Shown: piece by piece, positions 1 to 12,930 of the stretch
Position numbering within the stretch: the stretch's first letter is position 1
How the letters are laid out: the number at the start of each line of letters is the position of its first letter
NCBI GenBank assembly: GCA_010909165.1
Contig: VJWM01000011.1
Coordinates: forward strand, 434,001-498,000
DNA: 64,000 bases
Origin: Anthoceros angustus
Taxonomy: Eukaryota; Plantae; Anthocerotophyta
Direction of reading: 5' to 3'
Translations under genes and position numbers: made by a program
The notes under the pieces: model-generated
What the model saw: the letters and a program-made list of their open reading frames with translations, nothing else
What the model was told of the DNA's origin: nothing
Database searches by the model: none

Positions 1-3000
1 TCATCTGTGTTCTTGCCACTGTGCTCAAGCTTACAGAATTGGTCTTGCAGGAAGCTACCAGCTACAAGATTGCCGTCAGGCCAGAGCAGCGACGACAGTT
101 TCAAAGGGATCTGGTTGCAGCAGTACCAGATGCCTTTACCGTCCTCACATCATTTCTTAATAATGGGTCTCTCGAATTCCGTGAGAAGGTGCAGTTACAT
201 ACCCCTTGAATGATTGCAATATGGTTGAATCCTTCTAGTTTCTTTATGCAAGCTATGAACGTGACACCTCATAGGATTCTGAGTGACTTTGTTGACTTTC
301 AGGTGATCCGAGCTTTCACAAGCTGGTTGCGTATAAGTTATGGGTGGGTATCTTGGTTCTAATGTATCGCTCTTGTCTTTGGACATTATGTGCGAAAAAG
401 CCTTCTGATGGATGTCTGTGTTCTGATGCCAGGGGGCTTGGTCCAGTGCTGGCCGCACATCCTTTGGTTGCTGCTACACTTTCTGGCCTTGATATGCCGC
501 AGACATTCGATGCATCTGTGGATGGTACGTTGTTCTGTGAGATGATCCTGACCTGAGTGCCTGATAGTGGACTTGTGCAGTTGGGCAAGTCATTCTCACT
601 TCCTCTACAATGTATAGTGACTTTTCTGGCTGTCTTGTGATTGAGGATGCAGTTTTTTCCTGTCAATGAATGTTCTCTAATCCAGTTATGTCCAATGGAG
701 ATATGACCTGTTTCTGACAGAGTTAGTCTTGGACTGAAGTATTCTATACAAATCTTTGATTGGGGTCACTGGTCCTCGTATTTCTTTCTTGGGGTGGGTC
801 TTTGTGGTGATTCTCTTGCTTGACTGGAGACTTGGGATCATCTTTTCTCTGGCCAGGTTTCGGTGGCAGCATGTTATTGGTACAATGTTTTAACCAGGGG
901 TCTCTGATACAGGTGTATGCGAGCTCATCCGTTATACTGTGAGTGGAACTCCTGTGGACTTGGCAGCGCAAATGCCCCTTGTACAAGTCATTGTGCCAAA
1001 AGTAATGGCACTGAGACCACGGTTTGCTGTTGCTCTTAAGGTGGGTTCCCAGGTACACTTCATTCTTCCATGTTCTCCACGATTGGCCGTGACAACATGC
1101 GCTTCCATTGTAGGCGGCTGTTGCTGAACAGGAATCCCGGCAAGGAGAGGATGATATCAGCTCAGAGGAGGTATACTGGTGAAAAACAATGTGGATACTA
1201 CCGCAATTAGCCATCTTGTTGCAGTTCTCTATCACGACCTTTTGGGATGTTCTTGAATGGAAATAATATATGCGTTTCGGCAGGATGAAGAAGTCACAAA
1301 AGGCATGGCGTATCTATTTACAGAGATGGGGGAATCATATGTTGACCTTATTGCAACTGGTATGTGTAGTGTTTAGTGGACAGTTTGATAATTGAAGTCC
1401 CTCATGAGACTTCAGTCTGTTTAATGTATTGTTTTTCTGCATAAACTGTTTCAGGTTCTTCTGAGGCTCTGCTCATTGTTGAAGCTCTGGTGGAAGTGAC
1501 TTCTCATCCAAGCTTCCACATTGCTTCCATCACCTTCAATTTCTGGCACCGGCTTAGTAGGTCCTTGACTAGCAGGTGCAGCTGCTCTCTGTTTGAAATC
1601 TAATAGTGACCTGTCGTGGCTCTTAGAAGGTGATCTGTACTGTCCCTGCTTCATTGAGGAATCTTGACTGTTTGTCCATCCAGAGACACTATTGAAGAAG
1701 GTAAATCAGCCGAAGGGGAGTCAGCAGTTGAAGCGGAGAAGGAGCGGCGGTTGCAAGCCTTCAACTCTACATTTAGGCTGCTTGTATCTCTGGTAAAGAA
1801 ACGGTAGCTGTACTGATCACATTGGATGGTCAAGCTGAGGTAGTAACCTCTGTAGCAGTAACCTGCACAGTAACCTCTGTAGTCTTTGTTGTAGGTGAGC
1901 TTTCGGGTGAGTTACCCCCTTGATTTTGAATCCTGGAGAAAGGATGAACGTAGTGATTTTAAGCAGACCCGCTATGGTGAGTAGGAGGAATGGCACGGGT
2001 TCACATGGTGTTGTGGCACTTGACTTTCTTAATTCTTCGGCATAGGGTTCTTCATGAAGTTGTTTATGTGGATGGTGGCTTGATGAGCGCGACATGGTCA
2101 TGTTGGCCAGTTGGGACAGGCACATTACAACACCTTTGTTAACTATCCATTGCAGACGTGGCTGACATGTTGATGGACGTGTCAAATGTCCTGGGAGGGG
2201 AGACAACCTTACAGTTGCTGGCACAACCACTGTTTCAGGTTAGATCCTCTTATTAGAGGTTTTGACAGGGTTGTATTTTTTAGTGTCAATGTTAAGCAGA
2301 CTTGTAATGACACGAACTGTGTAGGGTGCTGTGGATTTTGACAAAGAGAATTGGAACTGGCGAGCAGTGGAAGCATCATTGTATTGCATTCGTGCCATTG
2401 CAAAAGCAGTACCACCTGTGGAGGAGGCGATCGTGCCAGAAGTATGACCTCTTTCACTGACTCCTGAAATTCTCACCCCAATGTCGTCGTAGAAATAGTG
2501 ATGGAGGTATCTGCTTCCAGGTGATGGCTCTGCTGCCGCGGCTTCCACCTCAACCGCAGCTGCTCTATACGTGTAAGCTTTGACTTGACTTCTGTGGTTG
2601 CCTCGATGTATTGTATTAAGCAGCAAACTTGAAAGGCTAATTCCTGATATTCATTGGCAGCATCATTGACAATTGCAGCGTTTGCTGACTGGCTGGGAGC
2701 CTCCCCTAGTGCCCAATTGTTACTGCCATCTCTGCTTACACTTCTGATAAGCTGCCTCTCTACTCCAGAAGATCCATCAGCGGCTGCTGCCTTGGCATTG
2801 AAGCATGTGTGTGATGGTAATACGGTTCTCTCTCGAGTAAACGGCTCTGCTGTTAATTAGTGGGGTTTCCTTTGAGGTCTAGTCTTTGCTGTCAGGGGTG
2901 GGGGTGGGTTGCTCTGCAGACTGATTCGAATTGTTGAGGTGCGGTCATTAGAGGAGAAGAAGGAAAATTTTGTGTTAAGTTGGTTGAGGGAGGGGTTGTG

Positions 3001-5193
3001 TCTAGGTAGTAGCTCCTTATATGCGTTTGAAATCAGCATGTAGGAAACAACTGGCTGGTTCAATATCTGCTCTTCTTGGAGTCTATCAGCGGATTATGGC
3101 AAAGGACAGCAGTTTCCAGCTGTCATCAGAGGATGAGCTTCAGGTTGTCGAGGGGTTGAGGTGAGTTGAGTTGAGAACCTGTCCCCTTTTCGTGAAACAA
3201 TTTCCTTTCAGCTTCGCTGTTTCACTTCCTGTACTGTAGCTGATAGTTAAACAAATGTGTGGTGTGGCTGCACAGTGATGTCGTGAGTGCACTTCCAATG
3301 CATGAACTACCTCAAGCTCTTGATGCTCTATGTTTCCCCGTCCTTCAACCCCTAGAGGTATATTTCGTGTCATTTGTTGCCTTGGCAATTTGGTCAGCGG
3401 GCACGTGAACTTTTTAGTTCTGATCATGCAGCTGTCTCGCTCCTGATATCAGCAAGTGGTTACGGCTGCACAAACATTAGGATCTTCGGTGCAATTCACT
3501 TCCAGTCAATACACTGTCCCTATCGACAGGCTCGCCAACATCTTCAGGTGGGTGTTTTTCTGAATTCGTGGGTGTCTCAGGGCATTCTGTTGCCTTCACA
3601 ACCATCAACTGTGGCTTGTCTGCCTTCCAGAAATGTGACTGAACCTGAGCCGTTGGCTGGAGCTTTTGTAAAGATGTGGCCTCTTTTCCAAGCTGTTTTC
3701 AACCAGTTAAGATATTCCCCCTGTATATTCCCGTTCTCCGTTGTACAAGCTCGCTGGTAGTCGGAGAGGGAGTATGTAATTAACGAACTCATTATTTTGG
3801 CAGGAGAGCTGCTGATATGAGAACCATGGAAAGACTATGCCGGTGTTGCAAATATGCAGTAAGTGCTGTCATCCCTAATTTGTAGAACGTTGACTAGCAA
3901 GGGTTGTGTACAGGCTGAACAGTAGTTTGATTCAAAACAAATGAATCTGGTCGCAGATACGTAGTTGTGGCAGGGCATTAGCGACTGCTATCGGCCCACT
4001 TCTCGGGGAGATTCAAGAAAGATTCAAGCAGAACCAGCATTCATGTTTTCTGTACCTAGCCAGTGAGGTTATCAAGGTGAGAAATGGTGATAACTTGCTT
4101 TCCATGTGCAATAATCGTCTCCTTTGAAGATACCCTGCTGACGCTGCAATGTATCTCTGCAAGGTGTTTGGCAATGATGCATCGTGCTCAGGATACTTGG
4201 GAGCACTAATTTCTAGTTTATTTGGACAAGCTGTCAGTCTTCTTGGGAGTATCGAGGTAGACCACTCTTGTAAATCTTGTCAAGCTGGCGGATGCTTGGG
4301 TTCCTGACGAGTTTGCGAATATTGACACTCAAATGTGGCTGGCTCAACAGGAATTCACTTCACGTCCAGATGTGGCGGATGATTGTTTCTTGCTTGCATC
4401 AAGATGCTTGCGGTATTGCCCTCATCTGATGATTCAGACCATCACAATTCCAATCCTGTTCGATTGCGCGATGACGGGAATCACTTTGCAGCACAGGTGA
4501 GGAGGAAACAATTGAATTCAATGTCTGACCCAGGTTGACAAGTCTGGGAGTTGTCATGCACAGAGAAAATGGGTTGTGCTTAACGGTCGCCACCTGTGCC
4601 TGTGCATATCTTACGCAGGGAAGCTTCCCGGTCAATCTTAAACTTCCTGCAGGAAGTATTCGAACTCCCGAAGTCGTCAGCAGGCAAACAATTCCGCACA
4701 GCCATCGATTCAGCTGTGCTGCCGCGTGGTGCAACCTTGACCAGATTGCTCATCGCAGCCCTGGCAGGTGCCCTCCCGGAGTCGCGCTTGGCGGAGGTTA
4801 GCTTCTCAATCAAATGTACTTGCCTGAGTGTGAAGAAGGTAGGGGCTGAAGTGCAAACAAAACTGACATGCCGTCTGTTGCGCTGCTCCTTTTTCCCAAC
4901 AGGTGATATACACTCTGATGTCACTGGCCCGCCTAGGCGGTCCAGTGACCGTCCAGTGGGCACAGGATGCCATAGCCTTGGTCCCTCCCTCCGTGGTTTC
5001 GGAGAAAGAGCGGTACAGCTTCCTGCAGGCTGTCTCGGCCGCGTGTGCAGGAACGGAGTCACCCACCATCAAGAACTCCATCGAGGAGCTGGCCGACGTG
5101 TGCCGTCGGAACAAACGGGTTCTGGAGACCGCACAGCTTGCATTACAGCCCTTGCGCCTATCCTTGACCCCAGCTGTGGAGATGGCGGCCTAA
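1..5193 (+). CDS. MOS14: Transportin-SR / importin-beta family (MOS14/TNPO3 orthologue), multi-exon, 5' end outside the window
   Basis: Exon translations match plant MOS14 as I recall it: YKIAVRPEQRRQFQRDL, SDFKQTRY, PEDPSAAAALALKHVCD, DMRTMERLCRCCKYA, RPDVADDCFLLASRCLRYCPHL, LPRGATLTRLLIAALAGALP, IEELADVCRRNKRV. Many short GT-AG introns; last exon starts about 4903 and stops at TAA 5191-5193. Some exons carry 1-nt indels. Confidence 0.92.
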
Positions 5194-5553
5194 CAGACTT
5201 GTGGTGGGCCATTTATATTGGGACGACGAAATTTCTTGCACCGACACTTGAGCACGTCTGGATGGCCATGGCGCGGGGAGGCTGCCCCTCCCCGATTGCA
5301 CTTAGCACTCCATTCGTGGCTTGGTTTCTCACCTTCTCGCAGAGGCAGATGGGTCTGTCGTCTCATTGAATTTATTCGGTATTAGGTCTTGTTGGCAGCA
5401 AGGGTTGTGTGCGTCAAGCCCAAGGGCTCGTGGAGTGCAACAAAACTTAACGCCGTGACATACAACAGATACCTAGCTAACTTAACTCGACTTAGCTTAT
5501 ACCGTAACTATCCTATGTCTTGATGTATGTGATGTAGTCTGTGTATCGTGTAT

Positions 5554-8500
5554 CTATGTTGTGGAAGTCCTGACGGGCCTGAGCTTGAAGCCGCCTTGGG
5601 CAGTGTGATTTGCATCTTCCCTTCCCTTCTCCTGCTTCTGCTTCTGCTTCCTGTCCTGGCGGGCAGGCCGAGAAGCTCCCAGAATGCTCTCGATCTCGTC
5701 GTGCAAGGCGTCGGTTGCATGGGCGCTGTGGTCCAGCCAGTGCTCGTCACTGCTGGCTTCGGTGATGAGCGCAATCCTGGTCGCCCGCGCAGCCTTTGCA
5801 GCCCCAAGCGGATCCGTGGGCGCCTTGGTATGGGCACTGGCATTGGGCTTGGGATTCTGCTCTTCCTCGTATTCCTCTTCCTCGTCCTCTTCCTCTTCCT
5901 CTTCCTCTTCCTCTTCCTCAGAAGCTGGTGCAGCAATGGCATTACTATTCTGGTCTAGGCCGAGGTTGAGCTCCAAGTGGGCGGCGATGTCCTTGGCTTC
6001 ATCGGAATTGGAAGCGATGGGGACCTCCAGATGATCCAAATCAGACTTGGAATTATGCGGGGCAGGATCCTTGGAGTGCTGCGTGTCGTTCTCGGAGATG
6101 TCGCCGCCGGAGTTGTTGTGGCTGTGAAGCTTGAGGCTGTTGCGGCGGCCGAGCTTGGGCGAGCGGGCGCGCGTGGGCGGGATCTTCTTGATCTCGGCCT
6201 TGGGCGGCGCGGTCTCGTGGTAGAAGCTGGGCAAGGGGGTGGCCTTGAAGTTGAGGCGGCGCCGGAGCCCTGATCTCCGCCTCCACCTCCTCCCTGGCCT
6301 TGGCCTGCATCTGGTGCTTCTCCCGCTCCATGGCGTGCAGCCGCTCCTCCAGCTTCCGGTAGTACTCCCGCCGCTTCTCCGCCCGCTCCTCCACCTTGAA
6401 GCTCACGTTCACCGCCTCCGTCACCGGCTGCCCCGACGGCTTCCGCTTGCTGCTCGCCATGGCCATGGCCATGTGGTGCGTCCTGGGCGCCACCATCACC
6501 GTCCCCGTCCCCGTCCCCTCCTGATCCTCCGCCTCCATCACCGGTACCTCCTTCCCGCCCCTCGAGCTCCCATGGCCGCCCATGGCCACCACCTTCCCCT
6601 CCCGCCTCCGGGGCGTGTCCTGACCCGGGCCCCCATCGAGAGCAGCAAGAATACCAGGCCGAGGGTGGGACATCCCAACTCCACCCTCGGCTGGCGGATG
6701 CGGACGCCGATACGGAAGCTCTGGGCGTCGCCGTCGTCCCGGAGACGGGATGATGCAAGCCGGTGGAGCTGGAGCGGGAATGCCACATCCCGCGGGGCGT
6801 GGAAGGATCGATGCCCGCGACGTCGTCGGCGCTGGAGCGTCTCTTGTGGGTTGCCTCGATGGCGCCGGGCTTGAGGCCAGGTCTGGCCATGGGCGGCGCC
6901 GATGGCCTGCCCACCGGCTGCAACGCCTTCCCGCTGGAAGCTGCCGTGCTGCTCAGGAAGAGAGGCTCCTTTCTGGAGCTCCTGGCCTTGCCGTGGGGAG
7001 CTCCTCCGTCTTCCTCCGAGGTGGTGCCGGGATCGACATCCGCCGCCGGCGGCTTGGAAGGATTCCCGTTCCCCAGCCGCCGGTGCGCCTCGTACTCCTG
7101 CGCCAGCTGCCGCAGCTCGTTCAGCTGCTTGGCGGCCCGGGACTGGCCAGAGACAGAGCCCGAGCCGTACAGCCCGTGCTTGCTCGCATTCGCATTCGCG
7201 AGCTCCTCCTCCTGGGCGCTGGACATGCCGTCCGATTCCGTGGAGAAGCGCCCGTTCTCGGCCTGATCCTGCACCAGCTTCGCGGAACGTTCCCGTTCCG
7301 CCCGCGCCGTCGGGCCAGCTCGCTTCCCGCTGCCAGCGCTCTCGGAAGAGGAGAAGCTGGAGCGCCTGGCGGCGGCGCGGTCTCGTGGTAGAAGCTGGGC
7401 AAGGGGTGGCCTTGAAGTTGAGGCGGCGCCGGAGCCCTGATCTCCGCCTCCACCTCCTCCCTGGCCTTGGCCTGCATCTGGTGCTTCTCGCTCCATGGCG
7501 TGCAGCCGCTCCTCCAGCTTCCGGTAGTACTCCCGCCGCTTCTCCGCCCGCTCCTCCACCTTGAAGCTCACGTTCACCGCCTCCGTCACCGGCTGCCCCG
7601 ACGGCTTCCGCTTGCTGCTCGCCATGGCCATGGCCATGTGGTGCGTCCTGGGCGCCACCATCACCGTCCCTGTCCCTGTCCCTCCTCCTGATCCTCCGCC
7701 TCCATCACCGGTACCTCCTTCCCGCCTCGAGCTCCCATGGCCGCCCATGGCCACCACCTTCCCCTCCCGCCTCCGGGGCGTGTCCTGACCCGGGCCCCCA
7801 TCGAGAGCAGCAAGAATACCAGGCCGAGGGTGGGACATCCCAACTCCCACCCTCGGGCTGGCGGATGCGGACGCCGATACGGAAGCTCTGGGCGTCGCCG
7901 TCGTCCCGGAGACGGGATGATGCAAGCCGGTGGAGCTGGAGCGGGAATGCCACATCCCGCGGGGCGTGGAAGGATCGATGCCCGCGACGTCGTCGGCGCT
8001 GGAGCGTCTCTTGTGGGTTGCCTCGATGGCGCCGGGCTTGAGGCCAGGTCTGGCCATGGGCGGCGCCGATGGCCTGCCCACCGGCTGCAACGCCTTCCCG
8101 CTGGAAGCTGCCGTGCTGCTCAGGAAGAGGCTCCTTTCTGGAGCTCCTGGCCTTGCCGTGGGAGCTCCTCCGTCTTCCTCCGAGGTGGTGCCGGGATCGA
8201 CATCCGCCGCCGGCGGCTTGAAGGATTCCCGTTCCCCAGCCGCCGGTGCGCCTCGTACTCCTGCGCCAGCTGCCGCAGCTCGTTCAGCTGCTTGGCGGCC
8301 CGGGACTGGCCAGAGACAGAGCCCGAGCCGTACAGCCCGTGCTTGCTCGCATTCGCATTCGCATTCGCGAGCTCCTCCTGGGCGCTGGACATGCCGTCCG
8401 ATTCCGTGGAGAAGCGCCCGTTCTCGGCCTGATCCTGCACCAGCTTCGCGGAACGTTCCCGTTCCGCCCGCGCCGTCGGGCCAGCTCGCTTCCCGCTGCC

Positions 8501-9169
8501 AGCGCTCTCGGAAGAGGAGAAGCTGGAGCGCCTGGCGGCGGCGCGGGGTGTGGCCGCCTCGGCCCTGCTGCCCATGGGGTCCTTGTCCTTGGGGACTGGG
8601 TCGGACCCACTCCCGCTCCCGCCCTCGGAATCCGAGCCCTCGGAGGCGGATCTCGACGACGAGCTCCGGGAGAGGTAGCGCTCGAACGAGTCCGGATGTG
8701 CTGGCTCGGGGACCTGAGATTTGTGGGTTCCGGTTCCGGCTGCAGTGCCTGGAGCTGGAGCTGCAGCTGCAGCTAGCTTAGCAACGTGTGGAACGGGAGC
8801 GTGAACGTGAACGTGATGACGATGCTCAGGATCGGATCCGTCCGACTCGAAGGAGCTGGTGCGCCGGGCCCCGGATTCCGACTCCCGCTCCGAGGACAGA
8901 TCCGGGGAGTGCAGGAACGCGGCGGCCTGGAGGAGGGAGACCCTGTCGCCGTCCTCGCCGTCCTTGTCGACGTGCACCTGCAGCTGCGCAGAGTGAGGAT
9001 CCTGCAAGCTGCTTGCGATTGCCCCAGGCAGCTGCTGTTTCAACACCTCGTAGGTGGACAAGCGGATGGGTCCTATTCTGTTCTCGACCACGATGATCTT
9101 GCCGGGCTCGTGCTCGTCAGCGTCCAGGCTGTCGGCTCCGCACAGATCCAACCATGGCTTGCTCAGCAT
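5554..9169 (-). CDS. WDL: WVD2/WDL-like microtubule-associated protein with C-terminal TPX2 domain; intronless, frameshifted, internally duplicated
   Basis: [28 protein letters not shown]...[36 protein letters not shown] is the TPX2/KLEEK-type domain. Likely ATG at 9169 (MLSKPWLDL); acidic tail and stop at 5554. The frame is broken by single-base losses in C/G runs. Confidence 0.85.
5868..5920 (-). repeat. Poly-Glu coding repeat (GAG/GAA) in the WDL C-terminus
   Basis: The plus strand shows a run of ctcttc units encoding [20 protein letters not shown] on the minus strand. Confidence 0.9.
6203..8536. repeat. Direct tandem duplication of about 1.17 kb inside WDL (6203-7370 and 7371-8536)
   Basis: Near-identical copies differing by small indels; the junction GGCGGCGCGG (10 nt) occurs at 6203, 7371 and 8537. 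Confidence 0.95.
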
Positions 9170-9218
9170 GCAGCCCAGCACCACCAGGATTCCTGATACG
9201 CCCTCAGCAGCACCAGCC

Positions 9219-9324
9219 AGCTGAGTACCAAACATCTAACCGCGCCCGAGGGGGATATCGATCTCGATCTCGAGCTGAGTACCAAACATCTAACCGCGCC
9301 CGAGGGGGATATCGATCTCGAGCT
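9219..9324. repeat. Tandem duplication of about 54 bp upstream of WDL
   Basis: agctgagtaccaaacatctaaccgcgcccgagggggatatcgatctcg occurs twice (9219 and 9273) with only 4 nt (AGCT) of junction homology. Confidence 0.9.
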
Positions 9325-9879
9325 CGACGCTGCTGCTGCTGCTGCTCCTCCCTACGTGTACGCCTGCGGATGCTGGCTGGAGTGAATCATGCATGGATGA
9401 TGCAGCTCCCGCCCGGCAACTCCTGCTCGATCGTCCACTGGTGGAAGTGCCGATGCCGATGCCGATGCCGATATCGATTGCACCATCGATCTGGGAAGGC
9501 GTATGGCAGCAGCAGGGCTCCCAGACTCGAGTCCTCAGATTGTGAGGACGGCTTCGGAGCAGCCTCAGGCTATGATGTCCAGGGGCCAGGGGGCCAGGGG
9601 ACCAGGGGGGCGTGGGCGGGCGTGGGCGCGAGATGCACACATGGCGGGGCCGCCTCATGTCATGCATTGCACGTCACCCCCACTTCCTTTCTCACACTAC
9701 CACTTACCCCTTTACAAACTTCACATCAAAAAACTCTTCTTTTTAATCGAATTCAACAGCATTCCAAGCATGTGCAAGCAATGGCATATGGGCATACTAC
9801 TACCTATGTGGGTATATAAGTATAATTATTTTAAAAATAAAATATAATTAAACTTTAAAAGTTGATTTTTGTTGTCTGG

Positions 9880-11605
9880 CAGGCCTTATCCCTTTGTTCG
9901 TTTTTTCTATGGGTCCCCCTACAATCTACTATCAATAAGGCCCTGCGGTAGAGGGGGTTTCTATGCTGGACTCAGCAACGGGCACAAGGTAGAGTGACCC
10001 TTTAAGGAAGGCGCTCTTTGCTATGGCGCATTTCAGGGCATTGTCCCTGAGTGCCTCTATGGTATAGGAATGTATGTATCCGTCAGTGGATAATGATTCT
10101 CATATCCTAGGGCCTGGGGACAAGGTTAAGGAGGCCTTTGAAATCTTCTCTTTGGAGCTCTTCCGGCTTGTCTTGAAGGTCAAGATCATAAAATACAAGG
10201 TCTGATCTCCTTCGGGTGCTCCGCCTCCTCTTCAGTATCCAGAGGGGGATATAGTATCTGCGCAGGGGCTTCGGGTTTTTGGTGTCCGATGGGGCCCCCG
10301 GCTTTCATATAGGAGTACGTGGATGCGGTGCTGAGGGAGGATTTGGCGCACATTGAAGAGTTGTCTCAGTTGGGGGACCCGCAGGTAGCATTTGGGATCC
10401 TCTCTTTCTGCTTTGCGCGTCGGCTAGGGTATCTTCTACGTACAATTGCTCCTTCCCCGACTTTCTTGTCTTGCCTGGGAGCCTTCGATAGGCGGATTTC
10501 GCAGGCTTTGGGCGACATCATTGGCCTGGGCACTTTGGAGTGCGCCCCTGGGGATCTGGCCAAGCAGCAGGCTTCCCTTCTTATCGCTTTTGGGAGCACT
10601 GGTGTTCTTGCCACAGAGGTCTCTGTGTCAGCGGCTTTTTTACATAGCTCGACCCTCTCTGCCCCCATCTTGGCCTCCCGATTCTTAATTCGGGACTCGC
10701 GCACTTTGGAGGTGTTCGTCTCGGGGGTTGAGAAAGGGGTTTTTCCCCTGCAAGCATCCTAAAGGGCGGCAAGGGGATCTCTATTTTCTGAGGCTAGGGC
10801 CGCCATGGCTCTTTTCTCCTCCCTCCCCGAGGTTGGGATGCGGGGGCTTCAAGAGTCACTCCTGGAGAAGCATTATGGCATGGGCAGGCATAGCTAGGCC
10901 TTCTTCGGGATTCCTCCATTCCCAGGCCCACCAGTGCTCGGATTTGCTCTTGCTTGCAGAAGAGAGCAGCTTCTTGGCTTCTGGCTCGTCCCAATATCCA
11001 AGTGGTCCGCATTGTACCAGCAACCTTTTCTACTGCAATGCGTTTTGGCTTGGGTCTGGTCCAACCTTTGGCCTATTCTCTCTCACTACAGGGCTTCCTC
11101 GATGACCACAGGGCCCATCGGCCCTTGTCTGTGGCGGGCGTAAATCTCGTGATGATGCCATCCGAGACGTCATGTTCTCGGTGGCCAAGGAGGGCGGCTT
11201 TTTGCCCTATAGGGAGCATCCCTACACCTTGCTCAATGGTGTGTCTCTCAAGGCTGACCTTTTCTTGACCCGGGGGGACCAGGTTTTTGTCGCTGATGTG
11301 CGTGGTTGTAACAGAGCCTACCCGGGACAGTGTAGACTTGTGAGCACGTTATCCTCAACCCCTCGTGTTGGGCGGCAGAAGGCTGCGCTATGGCCAAGGT
11401 CCATAAGTACTCTCCTATGCGGAACGACCACACTTTTATCCCCCTTATCATCGAGACTCATGGGGCCATGGGTTGGGACTTCTCGAAGTTCCTCAACGCC
11501 AGTTCTAAGGCTTACCACGATGGCAAGAATGGGGTTGGTCTCCCCTTTTCTTATATTGTGTTTTTCTTCAGGCAACGGGTGTCCATTATGATTTCCCCGA
11601 TGAGA
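9880..11605 (+). mobile_element. 5'-truncated, degenerate CRE-like non-LTR retrotransposon (RT C-half, Zn-knuckle remnant, restriction-like endonuclease)
   Basis: GDPL..GALFAMAHFRAL (RT); AFGILSFCFARRLGYLLRT; HDAIRD; KADLFL...VFVADV; KVHKYSPMRNDHTFIPLIIETHGAMG (RLE motif K..KY...F.P..ET.G); FRQRVSI. Confidence 0.8.
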
Positions 11606-11824
11606 CCCTGTTTACAGTAAATGTCGAGGATTACAAGGCAAAACCCAATTCAAAGAGCAATTTTTGCATCTTTACAAAGTATGACTAAGGTACAGCGCGA
11701 AGATCTGCACAAGAGGGGATAGGCATGTAGCCATATGCCAAGTTTAAAATGGAAGACCTAATTAATGGCTAATTGCTAATAAGCACAAAAACCTAGATAA
11801 GATCCATAACCAACGACGAATAGA

Positions 11825-12160
11825 ATGAATGGTCGAGAGCAGGGGATCCACCCATGACAACACCTCTTATTCTGCCAAATCAAGGCAGCAAACCATGGTC
11901 GAGGGTAGGGGATCCAACCAGGACAACATCTCTTATTCCACCAAATCAAGGCAACAATGGATCGTCGAGAGCAAGGCATTCGAATACCCACGACCACACC
12001 TCTTATTTTGCCAGATCAAGGTAGCAAACCATAGTCGAGTTCAGGGGGCCACCCACGATCACACCTCTTATTCTGCCAAATCAAGGCAACAAAACCATGG
12101 TCGAGGGCATAGTGTCCACCTAGGACCACGCCTCTTATTCCCCCAAATCAATGCAGCAAT
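11825..12160. repeat. Degenerate tandem array of about five 60-66 bp units
   Basis: Core cacctcttattctgccaaatcaaggcagcaaaccatggtcgag recurs at about 11861, 11926, 11996, 12062 and 12128. Confidence 0.85.
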
Positions 12161-12824
12161 CCAGCAAATATTTGAATCGACCGACATGGGAGGGTACCAT
12201 AGACCCGTTGCGAGCTCCCAAGAAGCTTAAAGAGCTCTTGCAACCACTGCCACGAGCTTAGCTGAGACGAGATGGGAGCCAACATGCGTCGGAAGTCCAT
12301 TAACGCCTCTTATTGCAAGGACTTCCAACGCTTGAGCACAACTCTCTGCAACATACCAACATAAAAAAACTCATCGAGAGCCAGTTAAGCACATCCAAGG
12401 GCTAATAAAACTCTTCAAATCATACTTGAAATTCTCGTGATCCACTTAAAAAATATGGTTTTCTAAATTTCATCACCCACTTTAATAATCTTCATTTGAC
12501 ATGGCGCCATACCAGTTCCACACATTCGTCCAAACTAGTGAGGTATAGAATGTGCATAAGCTGCTTTACTCCCCACCTACCATTAAGATATTGCATTTTT
12601 GCCTTGGGATCATATGGAGGACTTTGTGAAAGGGTGAATTGAAATGAATCATAAATCTACAAATCGTATGAAAATATTAGTTGCGTCTAGGGGACCGAGA
12701 CAATTGTGATGCCCTCCACATTCGAGAATATATTTACAAGCTTATATCGTTGGTCGGGTGTGCACTAATGTGATAGCAAATGCCTTGTGATATCTAAGTT
12801 TTGCTATTATTTCGATAATAGTAC

Positions 12825-12897
12825 GTATATATTATACAACATATATATATATATTGTATACTATATATCTAGTATATATATATATATATATTATTAT
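12825..12897. repeat. Interrupted (TA)n microsatellite
   Basis: atatatatatatattgtatactatatatctagtatatatatatatatatatta. Confidence 0.9.
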
Positions 12898-12930
12898 TGT
12901 TGAAGAGTTAAAGAAACGCGAAATTAGAGT

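Noticed and set aside
1-5193. Frameshifts and odd exon boundaries in MOS14 as signs of pseudogenisation or non-canonical splicing
   Set aside because: The isolated single-base losses match the window-wide indel error pattern, and the recognisable splice sites are GT-AG.
5500-9300. Many long overlapping ORFs on both strands (also at 19695-20687, 36718-37647 and 42149-46620)
   Set aside because: These are shadow ORFs of GC-rich coding sequence with no recognisable motifs.
11825-12160. CRISPR-like repeat-spacer appearance (also the 33-bp units at 58920-59020 and 61560-61660)
   Set aside because: The units are degenerate along their whole length with no unique spacers or cas genes, and the context is eukaryotic.
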